Source: Eledone cirrhosa
Lineage: Eukaryota
Length of the DNA: 64,000 nucleotides
NCBI GenBank assembly: GCA_964016885.1
Contig: OZ024740.1
Location: forward strand, 247,690,001 to 247,754,000
Reading direction: 5' to 3'
Part shown: piece after piece, positions 1 to 14,902 of the stretch
Layout of the letters: every line of letters begins with the position of its first letter
Position numbering within the stretch: the first letter of the stretch is position 1
Notes under the pieces: generated by a model
The model's input: only the letters and a program-made list of their open reading frames with translations
Databases searched by the model: none
Told to the model about the DNA's origin: nothing
Program-made: the position numbers and the translations under genes

Positions 1-189
1 CTTCCTCCCATTCCTTCTCTACATTCATTAATCTCTGATAGTGACATTTCGAGGCTTCTTTCTCTTAGGCACCAGTAGTGCTAAGTGCACCAGCGTCGTT
101 TCTGACACATTTTTCCAAATAATATCTTGATTCACACTAACACACTGCCTTACAATATGGAACACTTCACAACTTTGGTCTTCACATCT

Positions 190-975
190 CAAGACATTGG
201 TAAATTTACTTTCTTCAGTCTCTCTCCGAGGTGTGTATACCTGTCGCCTAGCTTCTTTCTTAGTTACCTGGTCTTTCTTAGGGCCTTTCTAAATTGGTTA
301 GCTAGTTCACCTCCAGGGGCTGCATCCACGAGCATGAGACTCTGGTACTCTGGTTGTCGTACCATGAGTTGGCTTTCTCTATCTGTTGTCTAATCTATCT
401 CTGCTATTCCATGATTTGCTCCTGTACAATGGGAAAATCCCTTTCATGTCTATCTCCATGAGGGTCTTACATTTTGCCGTGACTCCTTTGTACACCCTGA
501 TTCTGTCTCTTTGGTTGTAGCCCTAAGAAACATCTATTTAAATATCAAAGTGGTAGAAAATCCATTAACTACCATAAGATCTCTGATCAGTAAAACCTAC
601 CCCTTTACGAAACACCACTGTACAAATAAGAAATGTGTAATAAGTAGAATAAGTCCACAAAAAATTGTAAAACTAGAAATGTAGTCTATAGTGTAAGATG
701 TACAGAGGGTGCTTGCAGAAACATGACAACATACATAGGAGAGACAGCTGGGAGCATAGGAGAGGGACTAGATGAACACTGGAGTGTACTAAATGTACCA
801 AAAGACAATTAAATACTATATGAACACGCCAGACTAATACATGATAGTAATATAGACAATAGAAATTAAAATAATATCGAAACGTAGGAATGACTCAACA
901 ATTAGACAAATTAGGGAGGTTACAGAAATAGAACTAAATAATCCTAGGCTGAACAGAAAACATGAGTGGAATAAC
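190..975. mobile_element. Decayed Penelope-like element with internal inversion (RT C-terminal part on -, GIY-YIG endonuclease on +)
   Basis: The - strand at ~270-470 gives PLYRSKSWN...SLMLVDAAPGGELANQFRKALRK. The + strand at 541-975 gives IKVVENPLTT...C..KC...CKTRNVVYSVRC...TYIGETAG...PRLNRKHEWN with frameshifts. Confidence 0.7.
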
Positions 976-1486
976 AACTATACACAAACACATAATTGTG
1001 ATCAAACATAAATAAATATAAATACGCACAGATGCAATAACAACACCTACACATAAACACACAGTGGTGGCGAAAGGTAGAATATTAGAATATAACACAT
1101 AAACACACAGAGACTCGGACATGAACACACGAAAACACACCAAAGAGAACACACCGACACAAATGCATGCGCAAACAAGGACAACAATAAATATATAAAT
1201 AAAATAGAATAAGAAAACATTACAGCAATACAACTGATGGAAAACATCCCAGGTGATACCACAGTTGTGTGAAGAAAGAACTCTGAGAAACTATGTTTAT
1301 ATTAATATTTTGAACTGTTGGTTAATCAATGATAAACATTGATTGCCAGCTGAATTAATTATAGGAGAAATATACTGAAGCGAAAACCAACCCAAACCAA
1401 ACTGAGTGTGTTTACCATATTTTTCTGGCAATATTATAAGAACATGACCATCCCCAAATACAACTATCTCTCTCTATATATATGTA

Positions 1487-1654
<168 letters not shown>

Positions 1655-1671
1655 AATTGGCATAGAGGTAT

Positions 1672-1714
1672 ACAGTCCCGATGAAGGGTAATGACCCAGA
1701 AATATGTTGATTGT
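1672..1714 (+). ncRNA. Type I hammerhead ribozyme-like motif (U4C core variant)
   Basis: ACAGUC-CCGAUGA-AGGGUaaugACCCA-GAAA-UAUG-UU-GAUUGU. Helix I ACAGUC/GAUUGU. Helix II nearly matches the HHR at 40005. Confidence 0.6.
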
Positions 1715-1847
1715 TCCTCAAAGCCAGTGTTGAAGAAACAGGTGACGATCGGCACAGCTTCTAGTCGGGCTCCTCGTTTGTTTACAAACGAATAGAACAT
1801 TATTATTAATGTTCGATATAAAACATACGTACTTATGTATATGTGTG

Positions 1848-2190
<343 letters not shown>

Positions 2191-2303
2191 TTGTATGCTC
2201 AGACTTATCTTAGAGCTTAATTTCCAGGATTTATGGCGCATGTTTATGACATGACACCCACAATTTCGATTTAGATTAAATTCATTTAATTTATCTTAAT
2301 TTT

Positions 2304-2378
<75 letters not shown>

Positions 2379-2404
2379 TGTGTGTGTGTATACGTATGCA
2401 TACT

Positions 2405-2472
<68 letters not shown>

Positions 2473-2479
2473 CCAATAG

Positions 2480-2856
2480 AAGAGAAAACACAGGTAAGCA
2501 TTAAAAAAATAAGCATTTTATCCAGGTATTTACGACCGTTTCATTGGTAGCACAACCTTATATCGCTATACTGCAAATAGCAGCCACTCGATAATAACTG
2601 TTATTCACCTCCAAATTTTCAAAATAATGAATAAGTTACTTGTAAAAGGCTCTTATTATATAAAAAAAACATTTTTTTGGAATCGTATTTACTAGAGAGA
2701 GGAAGGGGGAGAAGAATTAGGAAGTAGAGGGACAAACGGGGATGAAGGGAGGGGTAAAGATGGAAGGATTCCTCGATTAGTTTTGATTCGTAGACTTGAT
2801 GTCGTCAAATTACAGTGTAGGGAGTTAAAGAGAATTAAATTGTTTATAGTGGGAGG

Positions 2857-2898
<42 letters not shown>

Positions 2899-3330
2899 GA
2901 GAGAGCGAGAGAGAGAGAGGGGGGGAGAGATAGAGAGATAAATATATATATATATAAAAGGGGGAAGAGAAAAAAGAAGAAAATAAAAAAAGGGAGAGAA
3001 CAAAAGAAGAAAACAAAAAAGAAAAAAGGAATGAAGGAGGAGAGAAGGACATAAGTATTGGTTACTGTGGGTAATTAAAGGGGTTATATTCAATAAGAGG
3101 GTTGAAAGTCTAAGTATATGCAGTTTGTCAGGTGGTAGTAGGAGGTTAAGGGTTCGATTTTCACTTGTAGTGCGATAATTTTTCTTTAAGTCTATGGTTG
3201 CAATAAATTGATCTTTCGATTTTATTGTTGAGTAACTTATTCTTCGAACTCAAAATGTGGAACAGTTCAAGGACACATAACCGTCCAAGAAACTGGCTAT
3301 CTTAACCACGAACTGGATTACAATAAGTAT
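2480..3330 (-). mobile_element. PLE 3' remnant (GIY-YIG C-terminus, 3' UTR and HHR)
   Basis: The - strand at ~3165-3285 gives LCVLELFHILSSKNKLLNNKIERSIYCNHRLKEKLSHYK*, matching the C-terminal motif of the other PLE ORFs in this window. Confidence 0.65.
2527..2626 (-). ncRNA. Type I HHR, U3-A8 core, long helix II insert
   Basis: UAUU-UUGAAAA-UUUGG...CCAAU-GAAA-CGGUCG-UA-AAUA. Confidence 0.65.
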
Positions 3331-3379
3331 TTTTCTGCTTTCCTAACAAACTCTCTCTCTATATATATATATATATATT

Positions 3380-4770
3380 GTAGTGAAAAGTAAAATGATT
3401 AATATCCAAAGTTGGTCGAGCTGTCAGTCCAAAGGTTGAGTTCAGTATTGAGTTAATTCCACAACAATTATCAAACCAATTATCAAATACTTGAGGAGGA
3501 CACGTGTTTCGTCTAGAATAGGATTTTCAATCCATGAATGGTTGTTGGGAGAACGGAAGTATAATTGATCTGGATTGATCTCTGCAGAAGAGATCAGTTT
3601 TCATTTCCGTAACAGGGGAGGTAACTTTTATCAAACTGCTTTAGGAAAACTTTTGAAGAACGATACTTGTGATAATTTAGTCCGGGATAACGTCAATCCT
3701 CTGGTTATTCTGGGTCCTTCCAGTTATGTAATAAAAATTTCGAAGCGTGGGTGCAGCGTTTGAAGAAGTCCCCAGTTAAGGCAAGCATTGTTGCGTGACA
3801 TCTGCAAGATATTTGATCTTTCATCGATGCACAATCTGTAGATCTTAGATCGATTTTCATATTGTCTCAATTCCTTGAAGATTTTCTATTTCATGAAGAA
3901 ATTAACGCCCGCCTCTTTGAGTGATCATACATGGCTTGCTAGTTTCGTTGTCGATCACTTTTCCGGGTGTTTAAAATCGTCTCATGGACAAGGAAGAGTT
4001 TTTTTAAACCGACCTTCCGACATACCCACATATGTCTTGACTTCTTGTTAGGATCTGCTGGGTGGATGCATCTTCGGCCTTTTAGACAAGTGTTGGTGTG
4101 ATACACAGTTGCTCTAGAGGGCACGATTGTGACTTTCTACAAGAGCATCCGGGTGAGAGAGCGCTCTTCGAGTTGTTTATGTGGCCTTTCATATTTTGAC
4201 GTAGGAATATCCGATTTTCACTTTGCCCCTGTAGGAAAGTGCCTGTCTAAGAGTGTTAAGAATTTTTTACATCTGATCTAACTCCAAGTGAGAAGGGTGG
4301 ACAGAACCAAATTAGCTTTTTTAATTCTTTTTTTGTTTCTACTGTTAGTGGGATGATGGCGAGAAGAGTAGGAACTGTTTTCAGAGAATCTGCTGTTGTC
4401 TAACGCTGGGTTGTAGTATGGTACCACCGTGTTAAAGTTGGCCTTGTTAGAGGAAAGATTTGAGATCCTAAAACTGATGTTTTTGACGAGGTTTTTAAAG
4501 ACTGTTGGTGGGTGGCAGGAGTCCTTGTGTATATATGTCATTTTTTCATTGAGTTTGTGGAAAAGATTGTATGTGTATGTCTAAAGGTCTAGGTCTAAGT
4601 AATTTACGGTAGTCATATTGGTGACTACAGTAATTTTCAGGCCTAACTCGCTAAACGTTGCCATCAAGTTTTTCCTAAAGTGGTCTAGGTCGTGACCGCT
4701 TTTATACACCTATTTTAGGTGAAACACGTGTCCTCAAGTATGGTTTGGTAATCGTTGTAGAATTAACTAT
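3380..4770 (-). mobile_element. Decayed PLE (RT thumb, linker, GIY-YIG) with short inverted terminal copy
   Basis: TYIHKDSCHPPTVFKNLVKNISFRISNLSSNK...YYNPALDNS and downstream YVG, WSLKEAG, LCIDER motifs. 4720-4768 is the reverse complement of ~3451-3510 and includes the HHR half GAAACACGUGUC. Confidence 0.8.
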
Positions 4771-4974
4771 CTCCCTTCTCTCTCTCTATATATATATATA
4801 TTTCAAGGGTACCAAGGTACCAAGGGTACCAAGGTACCAAGGGTACCAATTAACTATCTCCCTCCTCTCTCTCACTCTCTCTCTCTATATATATATAACG
4901 AAGGAAATGTGGTACGGAACCAGATGAACCATAATGCACCAAAGTACTCAATACTTAGGGTAGTAGAGTGGGTA

Positions 4975-5854
4975 ATAGGAACGAGTAGGACCCCGACGGC
5001 TGAGCTCAAGCCGTTTCGACGGCTAATTCTGGACTAAATGAACATTTTTATCCTGGTAAATGAATAGCCGAGCTTCTCAGGGGGTAATATTCCATATATG
5101 GTAAAAGTGATTGTCACAAGGATTGGTCAAAAGTTTGTTGTTGAGACACATAATTCTATCATGGCATTTTGTGGAAGGAAGGGGTAGCTGAACTTGCCAG
5201 TAGAAGAAAGAGGGAGAGGGGGTGGAGGAAACCCAGTCGTGCGTTGAAAGTGACGACTACAGCAGAATCCTACTTGTTGAATCCTACTTGTTGACCTGTC
5301 ATTGTAAGATAGATTAGGCCGAGTACTACTAATTCATAAAATTCTTTCACTACAATCTCGTATTTAGTATCCCGCCCCACCTATTAAACTTTTCTATAGT
5401 CTAGTGAGAGATTTGATGATTGTGGTAGGGGAATAGTAACCAGAAATTGTGTTTTTTTATATTTTTAACATTCTTATTTTTCTATATAGATTTACTCCAT
5501 ATAGATCTACTTATTGTTTCGACTTCCTCCCCCACCCCTCCCCCTCTTGACCTCTTATCCTTAGGATTCTGCTGTAGTCGTCACTTTCAACGCACGACTG
5601 GGTTTCCTCCACTCCCTCTCCCTCTTTCTTCTACTGGCAAGTTCAGCTACCCCTTCCTTCCACAAAATGCCATGATAGAATTATGTGTCTCAACAACAAA
5701 CTTTTGACCAATCCTTGTGACAATCACTTTTACCATATATGGAATATTACCCCCTGAGAAGCTCGGCTATTCATTTATCAGGATAAAAATTTTCATTTAG
5801 TTCAGAATTAGCCGACGAAGCGGCTTGAGCTCAGCCGTCGGGGTCCTACTCATT

Positions 5855-5858
<4 letters not shown>
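4975..5858. mobile_element. Non-coding fold-back unit with ~297-bp inverted arms (4975-5272 and 5562-5858), each carrying an HHR
   Basis: The arms are near-identical reverse complements. HHR: ACCCC-CUGAGAA-GCUCGGCU...AGCCGUC-GAAA-CGGCUugagcucAGCCG-UC-GGGGU at 4990-5085 (-), and at 5749-5844 (+) with GAAG in place of GAAA. Confidence 0.85.
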
Positions 5859-5940
<82 letters not shown>

Positions 5941-6193
5941 TAAAGCTGACGGCCGTATGTATGTAACAAACTTTTGGCAAAACGACTGGACCAAACAGCA
6001 CCAAATTTGCACCATAGATGTAACTTTTTCCAAGTAAGAAAGTGAGGGTATTTTTGTCTAATAAATTTCGTTATTCTTGATTAGAGATATTTTATTGTTT
6101 ATTTAAATATTCACTTCTTTAAAATCTTCAAATGTCAACACTTCCGGTTAGCGATCGCTTAAATAAACATTCATATATTTTGCAGGTTATATA

Positions 6194-6380
6194 TAATTGT
6201 TTCTACTATTGGCACAAGGCCAGAAAATTACCCAGTACATTACTGGTACTTTATTTTATCGACCCCGTAAGGATGAAAGGCAAAGTTAACCTCGGCGGGA
6301 TTTGAACTCAGAATGGCAAGGGCCGTAACTCTATGCGTCAAAGCATGGCGTCCGAACCTCTACCGATACTGCCAATCCAC
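6194..6380 (-). mobile_element. tRNA-derived SINE (~185 bp)
   Basis: A-box-like TGGCAGTATCGG and B-box-like GAGTTCAAATCC, central AACTTTGCCTTTCATCCTTACGGGGTCGATAAAATAAAGTACCAG; many dispersed copies in the window. Confidence 0.85.
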
Positions 6381-6705
6381 ATATAATATCGTCTTTTTTT
6401 AAAAAATGTATCATGGATTAAATTGCTGTGTATATTGTCAATCTCTATCTGTATTAATAAAGCTGACGGTCGTATGTAAAGTGAGGAGTACATTACTGGT
6501 ACTTCATTATATATAACATATATAATACGACATTCCTGTCTCTTTCTTACTCTGTCTTTTTAGATAGATACATAGCTATAACGTCGCGCCCTAATAATAT
6601 CTGTCTGTATGTCTGCATGTCTGCATTGACTTTGCTTCTAACCAACTTTTAATTAATTATATATATATATATATATAAATATATACGCGTGTACATATTT
6701 TCATC

Positions 6706-7098
6706 AGTAATACTGTACTATATATTTTCAACGGTAATACTGTACTACACTATATATTTTCAACAGTAATACTATACTATATATTTTCAACAGTATACTA
6801 CATATTTACATATTTACAACAGTAATATTGTACTACACGATATATTTTCAACAGTAATAGTGTACTATACTATATATTTTCAACATTAATACTGGACTAT
6901 ATTTTTTCAACATTAATACTATACTATATATTTTCAACAGTGATACTATACTATACTATACTATATATTTTCAACAGTAGTACTATACTATATATGTTCA
7001 ACAGTAACACTATACTATATATTTTCAACAGTAATACTATACTATATATTTTCAACAGTAATACTATACTATATATTTTCAACAGTAATACTATACTA
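6706..7098. repeat. Minisatellite, 30-35-bp unit (caacagtaatactatactatatatttt), ~12 copies
   Basis: Directly visible tandem unit. Confidence 0.9.
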
Positions 7099-7602
7099 CA
7101 CAGACGGCTTATCGTCTGTTTATCCAAGTGAAGCTAGGTACGTCGCTATACATATATCTGGATGCCGTAGAACACACCAATGGTAGCCAGGCGCCAGCCG
7201 GATGGACCAGAATTATATATATATATATCCATATTCCCAATTATGAAAGTAAAGTAAAAGCAACCAACACATAATGTAGCTGAGTATTTATATAAATATA
7301 TTGACTTTACTTATCACTTCCAGCGGTTTCAAAACGAAAACATTCTCAAATGCACCCCATGATTAAGTTAACTACAAGTTATCAATTGACTTAATCCATT
7401 TAATTTATCAAATGGATTAAGCGCATGGAAAATTACATAACATACCATAGCATGTATGAATTCTTTAATTTTAACATATAAGAAATAATTTCTATATCAT
7501 CATAAAGTGTAAATAGTTTTATAATATAATTGAAATTTAGGCGACAAATTCATTGGAAACAACAACAAAAAGTATCAAAGGTTAAAATAAATAGGTACAA
7601 AC

Positions 7603-7867
7603 CCGGAAAGATTACCGCGAGAATTTGATATAAATTCAAATAGACCATCTTTGACAGAGAGAAGTGTTTTCAGATTGCGGTTTTTCTCTTTGAGTGAAGC
7701 TAACTGACGATAAGGTTTCACATCTTCGCCTCTGCTCATTGTTACTTCTCCGTTATTCACTTCCGCATAAGCAAATATAATATGTGTACAAAGAAATGGG
7801 TCGATATCTTTTGCTTGTAGTAAATTCTTTTGGTATACATAATAACCCAGAATTTGGGGCTGTGGTG
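7603..7867 (-). CDS. Exon of a glycoside hydrolase family 18 (chitinase or chitinase-like) gene, N-terminal part of the catalytic barrel
   Basis: PQILGYYVY...DIDPFLCTHIIFAYAEV...LKEKNRNLKTLLSV is the typical GH18 N-terminus. It is bounded by a pyrimidine-rich ttttcaattatAG acceptor and a GTttgt donor. Confidence 0.9.
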
Positions 7868-8387
7868 CTATAATTGAAAATAAATAATTTAAAATAAATG
7901 AGCTGGAAAAGGACAATGGAAAAAATAATATAGAAAATTTGAATATTTTCCGTGGAATTTTATTTTTTTAATTTTAGTATTCCCAAGAACAATAAAAATG
8001 AATGATTTAAATATAGGTTAGGTCTGCATGGGTTAGGTCTACATTATCCAATGGCATCGACCTCTTCAGTGAAGACCATAGGTAATGTCCCTTCCTCCAG
8101 ACCTACCGAATTAAAAAAATGTAGCTTTCCATTGTTTATTAAGAAAATAATGTTGCGTCACATCCTCTCACGGCTTGGACAACATACAAACAGACTCGCA
8201 ACGTCGCTCCCCTCTGGACTGACTTAACACTAAACAACAATAACAAGTGAACGTTCGTCAACGTTAAAATACATTTCAGTTCTTTTAGAACTTCAATATA
8301 TATATATTGAAGTAATAGACGGAAATTAAAAAGTTATTTGTATAAACACTCATAGACGCTTCATTATCGAATTAGTTAAAAACTCAC

Positions 8388-8440
8388 CTTCAAATAACTT
8401 GGCCATTTATTGGGACTTTTTTTCCTGAAGCTCGATTTCA
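8388..8440 (-). CDS. Probable small upstream exon of the GH18 gene
   Basis: Strong acceptor tttttctttttatctcatttcacAG and donor GTGAGT flank 53 nt. It reads either KSSFRKKSPNKWPSYLK or ...MAKLFE, depending on the downstream acceptor. Confidence 0.55.
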
Positions 8441-8633
8441 CTGTGAAATGAGATAAAAAGAAAACATCATAGCAGAACACTTTAAAAACATAAATAGAAT
8501 ACAATTTCTCTCTCTCTCTCTCTCTCTCTGTGAATGTGTGTTTCAGAGTTGAGCTTGTTTGGCAACTGACTTGGTCTGAAGCAATTACATCGCATTAGGT
8601 ATTTTTTTTAAATTAGTTTTTTTACCGAAAAAT

Positions 8634-8805
8634 TAATTGTTTCTACTTTTGGCACAAGGCCAGCAATTATCCCAGTGTATTATCGACCCTGTAAGGTTGA
8701 AAAGCAAAGTTAACCTCGGCGGGATTTGAACTCAGACCATAAAGGGCCGTAACTCTTTGCTGCAAAGTATGGTGTCCGACCCTCTACCGATACTGCCAAT
8801 CCACC
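8634..8805 (-). mobile_element. tRNA-derived SINE copy (intronic or upstream of the GH18 exons)
   Basis: Same consensus as 6194-6380 with a small internal deletion. Confidence 0.85.
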
Positions 8806-9483
8806 AAAATATTAATGTTATTTAAAAAGTAATATTTAACACAAGCATTTCCAGTCGATAGTTCTTAGTAGTGTCGCTCTGGCTCTGATATTAGGTCAGA
8901 TATGTAGTTAGTGGTGATTTTATTTACTGAATAACATTTTATCGAAACAAATTTACATAGAAAAATCTTATAAACATATTATTTTGTAAAATGTTAACTG
9001 TAGAACAATTTTAAATATAGAATAATTTTTAACACATAATATAAAATCCCATCCGATAATTTATTTTAAAAAAAAAGAGAATTTTAATGATTTCTATCTG
9101 TACCAGATTCATAGGTACAGATCACAACAATTTTTTGAATATCGAATAATTACTGCTGCTACATCTAATATTTTCTCTTTCATTTTTTTCTCATTCATTT
9201 AAACTTGTTTATATGAATCGTTTCGGTAAAAGGTTGTCCAATGAAAGTTTATGGTACCATTTTACTTGTTACATGCTCTTAAGTTTAGAACTCATGGGAA
9301 TTTAGTACTTTGATTCATTAACAGCTTGTTCATTTCTGTTAAGGAGAGTTTTACATAATTGACTTCACCAGTCACTCAAAATATGTGGCCTTGTGTAAAT
9401 AAAAGATATCATTTTCTAAAATATGCCTAGAATATGCCTATTGTGATAAAATTTGGCGTTAGATTTAAAATAAACATACATAC

Positions 9484-9541
9484 GATAAGGCATGTAGCTA
9501 TGTTCTGCTGGCTCGATGAAAGCAAGAAGCCATATTTTCAT
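9484..9541 (-). CDS. Possible first coding exon of the GH18 gene
   Basis: ATG-started MKIWLLAFIEPAEHSYMPY followed by a GTATGT donor in phase 1, which joins 8388-8440 in frame. No homology support. Confidence 0.25.
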
Positions 9542-9766
9542 TCTTATTAACCACCGAAGAAGAAATTGTTAGCAGTAAAAATACAATAAAGACAATATTA
9601 TTTTAGCATTCGGATTTACTACGTTCTAATTCAGAAACACAAGCTTCAAATTTAGCCATGAATATTATAACAATAAACAAACAAGATTAGAGAATTCTGA
9701 AGAGTTTCTCTTGGCTTATTGCCCCTTCCCTCTTTCTATCCTCCTTTCTCACCCCCCCCCCCTCTT

Positions 9767-9832
<66 letters not shown>

Positions 9833-9851
9833 CATATATATATATATATAA

Positions 9852-9919
<68 letters not shown>

Positions 9920-10272
9920 GTATGTGTGTGTGTGTGTGTGTGTGTAGCGAGATCTGTCCACGCCTTGAGCCTTGGGTGACACCTAAAGGTCAAATTGTAG
10001 GTCACCACCCTTTTGGTATGAACAGGTTGTTGCGTTGGGTATCCCCTAAAGGTGGGAGGCAGGAAGCGACAGGTATATAAAGCCTTTATCATCCCACGTT
10101 TACACAGAGACATCGGAGCACCCCACTACAGAACAAGCTAAGTGAAAGATTCACCACTATCAACAGACCCCAGTGGTCTACAGAAAGACAGAAAGATCGG
10201 AGCATTACGCTAGCAACTAACTATGTAAGGATTCACCGCTATCTACAGGCCACACTGGTCTACAGTCATCTA

Positions 10273-11683
10273 CAGACCACTCAGAGGTATACAAACCATT
10301 ACTCTCTCTCACTCACTATAGTCTCAGATTCACGACGACAACGTCAACCTACTACTACAGACCACTCAGAGGTATACAAACCATTACTCTCTCTCTCATT
10401 CACTATGGTCCCAGACTCACCACGATAACGTCAACCAACTACTACAGACCATTCAGAGGTATACAAACCATTACTCTCTCTCACTCACTCACTATGGTCT
10501 CAGACTCACGACGACATCGTCAACCTACTACAACAGACCATTCAGAGGTATACAAACCATTACTCTCTCTCTCTCACTCACTGTGGTCTCAGACTCACGA
10601 CGACAACGTCAACCTACTACAACAGACCATTCAGAGGTATACAAACCATTACTCTCTCTCTCTCACTCACTATAGTCTCAGATTCACGACGACAACGTCA
10701 ACCTACTACAACAGACCATTCAGAGGTATACAAACCATTACTCTCTCTCTCTCACTCACTATGGTCTCAGACTCACGACGACATCGTCAACCTACTACAA
10801 CAGACCATTCAGAGGTATACAAACCATTACTCTCTCTCTCTCACTCACTATGGTCTCAGACTCACGACGACAACGTCAACCTACTACAACAGACCATTCA
10901 GAGGTATACAAACCATTACTCTCTCTCTCTCACTCACTGTGGTCTCAGACTCACGACGACATCGTCAACCTACTACAACAGACCATTCAGAGGTATACAA
11001 ACCATTACTCTCTCTCTCTCACTCACTATGGTCTCAGACTCACGACGACATCGTCAACCTACTACAACAGACCATTCAGAGGTATACAAACCATTACTCT
11101 CTCTCTCACTCACTATGGTCTCAGACTCACGACGACATCGTCAACCTACTACAACAGACCATTCAGAGGTATACAAACCATTACTCTCTCTCTCTCACTC
11201 ACTATGGTCTCAGACTCACGACGACAACGTCAACCTACTACAACAGACCATTCAGAGGTATACAAACCATTACTCTCTCTCTCTCACTCACTATGGTCTC
11301 AGACTCACGACGACATCGTCAACCTACTACAACAGACCATTCAGAGGTATACAAACCATTACTCTCTCTCTCTCACTCACTATGGTCTCAGACTCACGAC
11401 GACATCGTCAACCTACTACAACAGACCATTCAGAGGTATACAAACCATTACTCTCTCTCTCTCACTCACTATGGTCTCAGACTCATGACGACATCGTCAA
11501 CCTACTACAACAGACCATTCAGAGGTATACAAACCATTACTCTCTCTCTCTCACTCACTATGGTCTCAGACTCACGACGACATCGTCAACCTACTACAAC
11601 AGACCATTCAGAGGTATACAAACCATTACTCTCTCTCTCTCACTCACTATGGTCTCAGACTCACGACGACAACGTCAACCTTC
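10273..11683. repeat. Tandem array of ~16 copies of an 89-bp unit
   Basis: Unit cagaccattcagaggtatacaaaccattac(tc)n actcactatggtctcagactcacgacgacatcgtcaacctactacaa; period 89 (e.g. 10801 to 10890). Confidence 0.95.
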
Positions 11684-11810
11684 TCAACTTTTGGTAACTG
11701 TTTTATTGATTCACGTGAAGTAAACCATATAAAAACCAAATCATTTATTTTTATTATTCTTGTTATAATCATTTCTAATAACCACATATAACCTTCTTAT
11801 CACATATTTA

Positions 11811-11866
11811 TTTTCCTGAGAATCCTATACACTCGCGTCTCAAAACTCTCTTTTCGAGTTAAATTT

Positions 11867-11921
<55 letters not shown>

Positions 11922-12620
11922 CACACATAAAAATTTAACTCGAAAAGAGAGTTTTGAGACGCGAGTGTATAGGATTCTCAGGAAAATGGGAACACTGGGT
12001 GTAGGGAAGCTGTTAGAAGAGCAAAATACCGTCGAAGCGGCGTTGGGTAAAATATTACCTCGAAGGACAGAGATCAGTGGCTTTCCCAATTCCTCTGTCC
12101 ACTGAGCATTAATTCTTTCGTTCTCTCTATTCTCTCTCACTGCTCCCTATATTTACCCCTCTCCCTCCTACTGTCACCTTCTTCTTCCTTCTCTCTCTGC
12201 TAAAGGCCAGCTCTACTGACGCCAATATTCTTAATTTCTCCCGACGACTTGAGGTCGATCAGACGCACTCCATCTTTCTTTCTCTAACCTGTCCCAACAC
12301 AAACATTATGTCAACAAAGATATTTATTTCTCCGTTACGAGCCTTCTATTCCCCGCAGTAATCTCATTAATTCGTCGAAACTGCTGCAGGTTGATATCTG
12401 ACGAGATTATATTAATGTTTGTGACCTGTTGGCTTTCATCCAATCTTTTTCCTCCTTCCTATTTCATCTTCCTCCCTTCGAAACAACTCAGATCTAGCCA
12501 CTGATCTCTGTCCTTTGGGGTAATATTTTATCCAACGCCGCTTCGACGGTATTTTGCCGATCTAACAGCTTCCATACACCGAGTTTTCCCTTTTTCCTGA
12601 GAAACGTCTCAAAACTCTAC
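11811..12620. repeat. Nested inverted repeats: 11811-11866 vs 11931-11986 across (TA)n, and ~11948-12082 vs ~12497-12620
   Basis: Direct reverse-complement matches. Confidence 0.8.
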
Positions 12621-12629
12621 ACACAGGAA

Positions 12630-14610
<1,981 letters not shown>

Positions 14611-14792
14611 TAAATTAGCGAAAATCGTATTTCGGCTTTGGAATTAGCGAAAAACAACTTCCGAGATGTGTGGCAAGCGCTCAATAATTCTGACGAACCA
14701 GAGCTACAACATACGTTAAAGGCCAAACACACTGAGACGATGGTTAAACCGACATCTGCACAGCCATAGAAACGACCAAGTAATTCGAGTCA

Positions 14793-14889
<97 letters not shown>

Positions 14890-14902
14890 GAATGTATATA
14901 CA

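Noticed and set aside
541-975. Selenocysteine-type (Naiad-like) recoding in PLE ORFs
   Set aside because: No in-frame TGA at Cys positions was seen in this fragment, and the 16400-17632 frame has no internal stop.
1228-1305. CUGAUGG and GUGAAGA...GAAAC motifs after the first PLE
   Set aside because: Too many core mismatches; explained equally well by a simple CAACUG/CAGUUG hairpin.
10494-11723. 409-aa repetitive ORF, or a CRISPR-like array
   Set aside because: The 89-bp unit is not a multiple of 3, all three frames are open by composition, and there are no unique spacers or cas genes. It is a satellite.
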